Of a stretch of 15,164 nucleotides of DNA, positions 14,728-15,164 are shown piece after piece. Each line of letters starts with the position of its first letter. Position 1 is the stretch's first letter. Made by a program: the position numbers and the translations under genes. The stretch is taken from IMG/VR virus record IMGVR_UViG_2703718819_000014, positions 1 to 15,164 of that record; one strand, given 5' to 3'. Under the pieces are notes generated by a model. It searched no databases and was not told where the DNA came from. It was given only the letters and a program-made list of their open reading frames with translations. The stretch comes from a virus. Its lineage: Duplodnaviria; Heunggongvirae; Uroviricota; Caudoviricetes.

Positions 14728-14752
14728 GGCTGCGCAACTGCGCGGCCTTTTT
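14728..14752 (+). terminator. Intrinsic terminator (tR'-like)
   Basis: GGCTGCGC / AACT / GCGCGGCC (8 bp with one G-U pair) followed by TTTTT; about 100 nt upstream of the esterase start codon. Confidence 0.65.
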
Positions 14753-14855
14753 CGTATTGCGGGCTGTAGTCTTCCTCCTGCCATTGTCCTGTAACTTCCG
14801 GACTTCAGCCCGTTCCCTCATCTGACTCACAACATTATCCCGACCGGGAGGATTC

Positions 14856-15164
14856 ATGACATTTAAACACTACGATGTGGTCAGGGCGGCGTCGCCGTCA
14901 GACCTTGCGGAGCGACTGACTCAAAAACTGAAGGAGGGGTGGCAGCCATTTGGCAGTCCGGTGGCCATCACGCCCTATACCCTGATGCAGGCCATTGCGG
15001 CGGAAGGTGATGTCACCACACCTGTGGTGGTGAAGCCGTCGGATGGAGAAGGCACAGTTATCAGCACCACCAGCGAACCGGAGTATTACTTTGTTGTTGT
15101 TCTGGCGGGGCAGTCAAACTCAATGTCTTTTGGTGAAGGGCTGCCGCTGCCGGAGACATATGAC
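14856..15164 (+). CDS. NanS-p-like sialate O-acetylesterase (5' partial; gene runs off the window)
   Basis: GGGAGG 5 nt upstream of ATG 14856; open to the window end; N-terminus MTFKHYDVVRAASPSDLAERLTQKLKEGWQPFGSPVAITPYTLMQ matches, from memory, the DUF1737-type N-domain of prophage NanS-p proteins; followed by VVVLAGQSNSMSFGEG, a GQSN esterase-type motif. Not in the ORF track because no stop codon is in the window. Confidence 0.7.
   Translation, partial: MTFKHYDVVRAASPSDLAERLTQKLKEGWQPFGSPVAITPYTLMQAIAAEGDVTTPVVVKPSDGEGTVISTTSEPEYYFVVVLAGQSNSMSFGEGLPLPETYD

Noticed and set aside
14585-14794. 69-aa track ORF 14585..14794
   Set aside because: Spans two back-to-back terminators and a promoter-like TATAAT; no RBS; composition not protein-like.
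13400-14855. tRNA genes or stx toxin genes, as found between Q and the late genes in Stx phages
   Set aside because: No cloverleaf-compatible sequence (no GTTCGAATC-type T-loop with matching acceptor stem); the conserved closing helices span 123-124 nt, too long for tRNA; no ORF resembles StxA/StxB.
1-15164. Insertion sequences or transposases
   Set aside because: No transposase-like ORF or terminal inverted repeats flanking any block; the only recombinase is the phage integrase.

Overview
This 15.2-kb window looks like the left arm, immunity region, replication module and Q (late-control) region of a lambdoid, Rac/Qin-like enterobacterial prophage. All calls rest on reading the translations and motifs by eye; no database search was run.

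Gene order, left to right:
- Minus strand: integrase, excisionase-like gene, then a block of cargo ORFs (an SPFH/band-7 lipoprotein with a small membrane partner, a compact terminated cassette of orphan ORFs, and a dual-HTH protein), then a cI-like S24 repressor.
- Plus strand: Cro/YdaS-like gene, two Rha-family paralogs, a replication initiator with internal iterons, a DnaC-like loader, a DnaB-like helicase, a DUF968-like protein, a Q-family antiterminator, and the 5' end of a NanS-p-like esterase gene.

No lambda N, exo/bet/gam, stx, tRNA, CRISPR or IS element was recognised.

The regions I would look at first:
1. The 1.45-kb non-coding stretch between Q and the esterase gene. It holds two paralogous ~230-bp structured modules with conserved block spacing and a closing helix (candidate sRNAs), inside a cascade of intrinsic terminators.
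2. The early-left cargo operons sitting where lambda carries cIII/kil/gam/bet/exo and rexAB. These are candidate exclusion, defence or host-modulation modules.
3. A dense, strand-biased set of Chi octamers in a prophage with no recognisable gam.

Coordinates follow the supplied ORF track. Between about 12960 and 13320 my hand-indexing of the printed sequence drifted by 1 nt relative to the track, so motif positions there are approximate.
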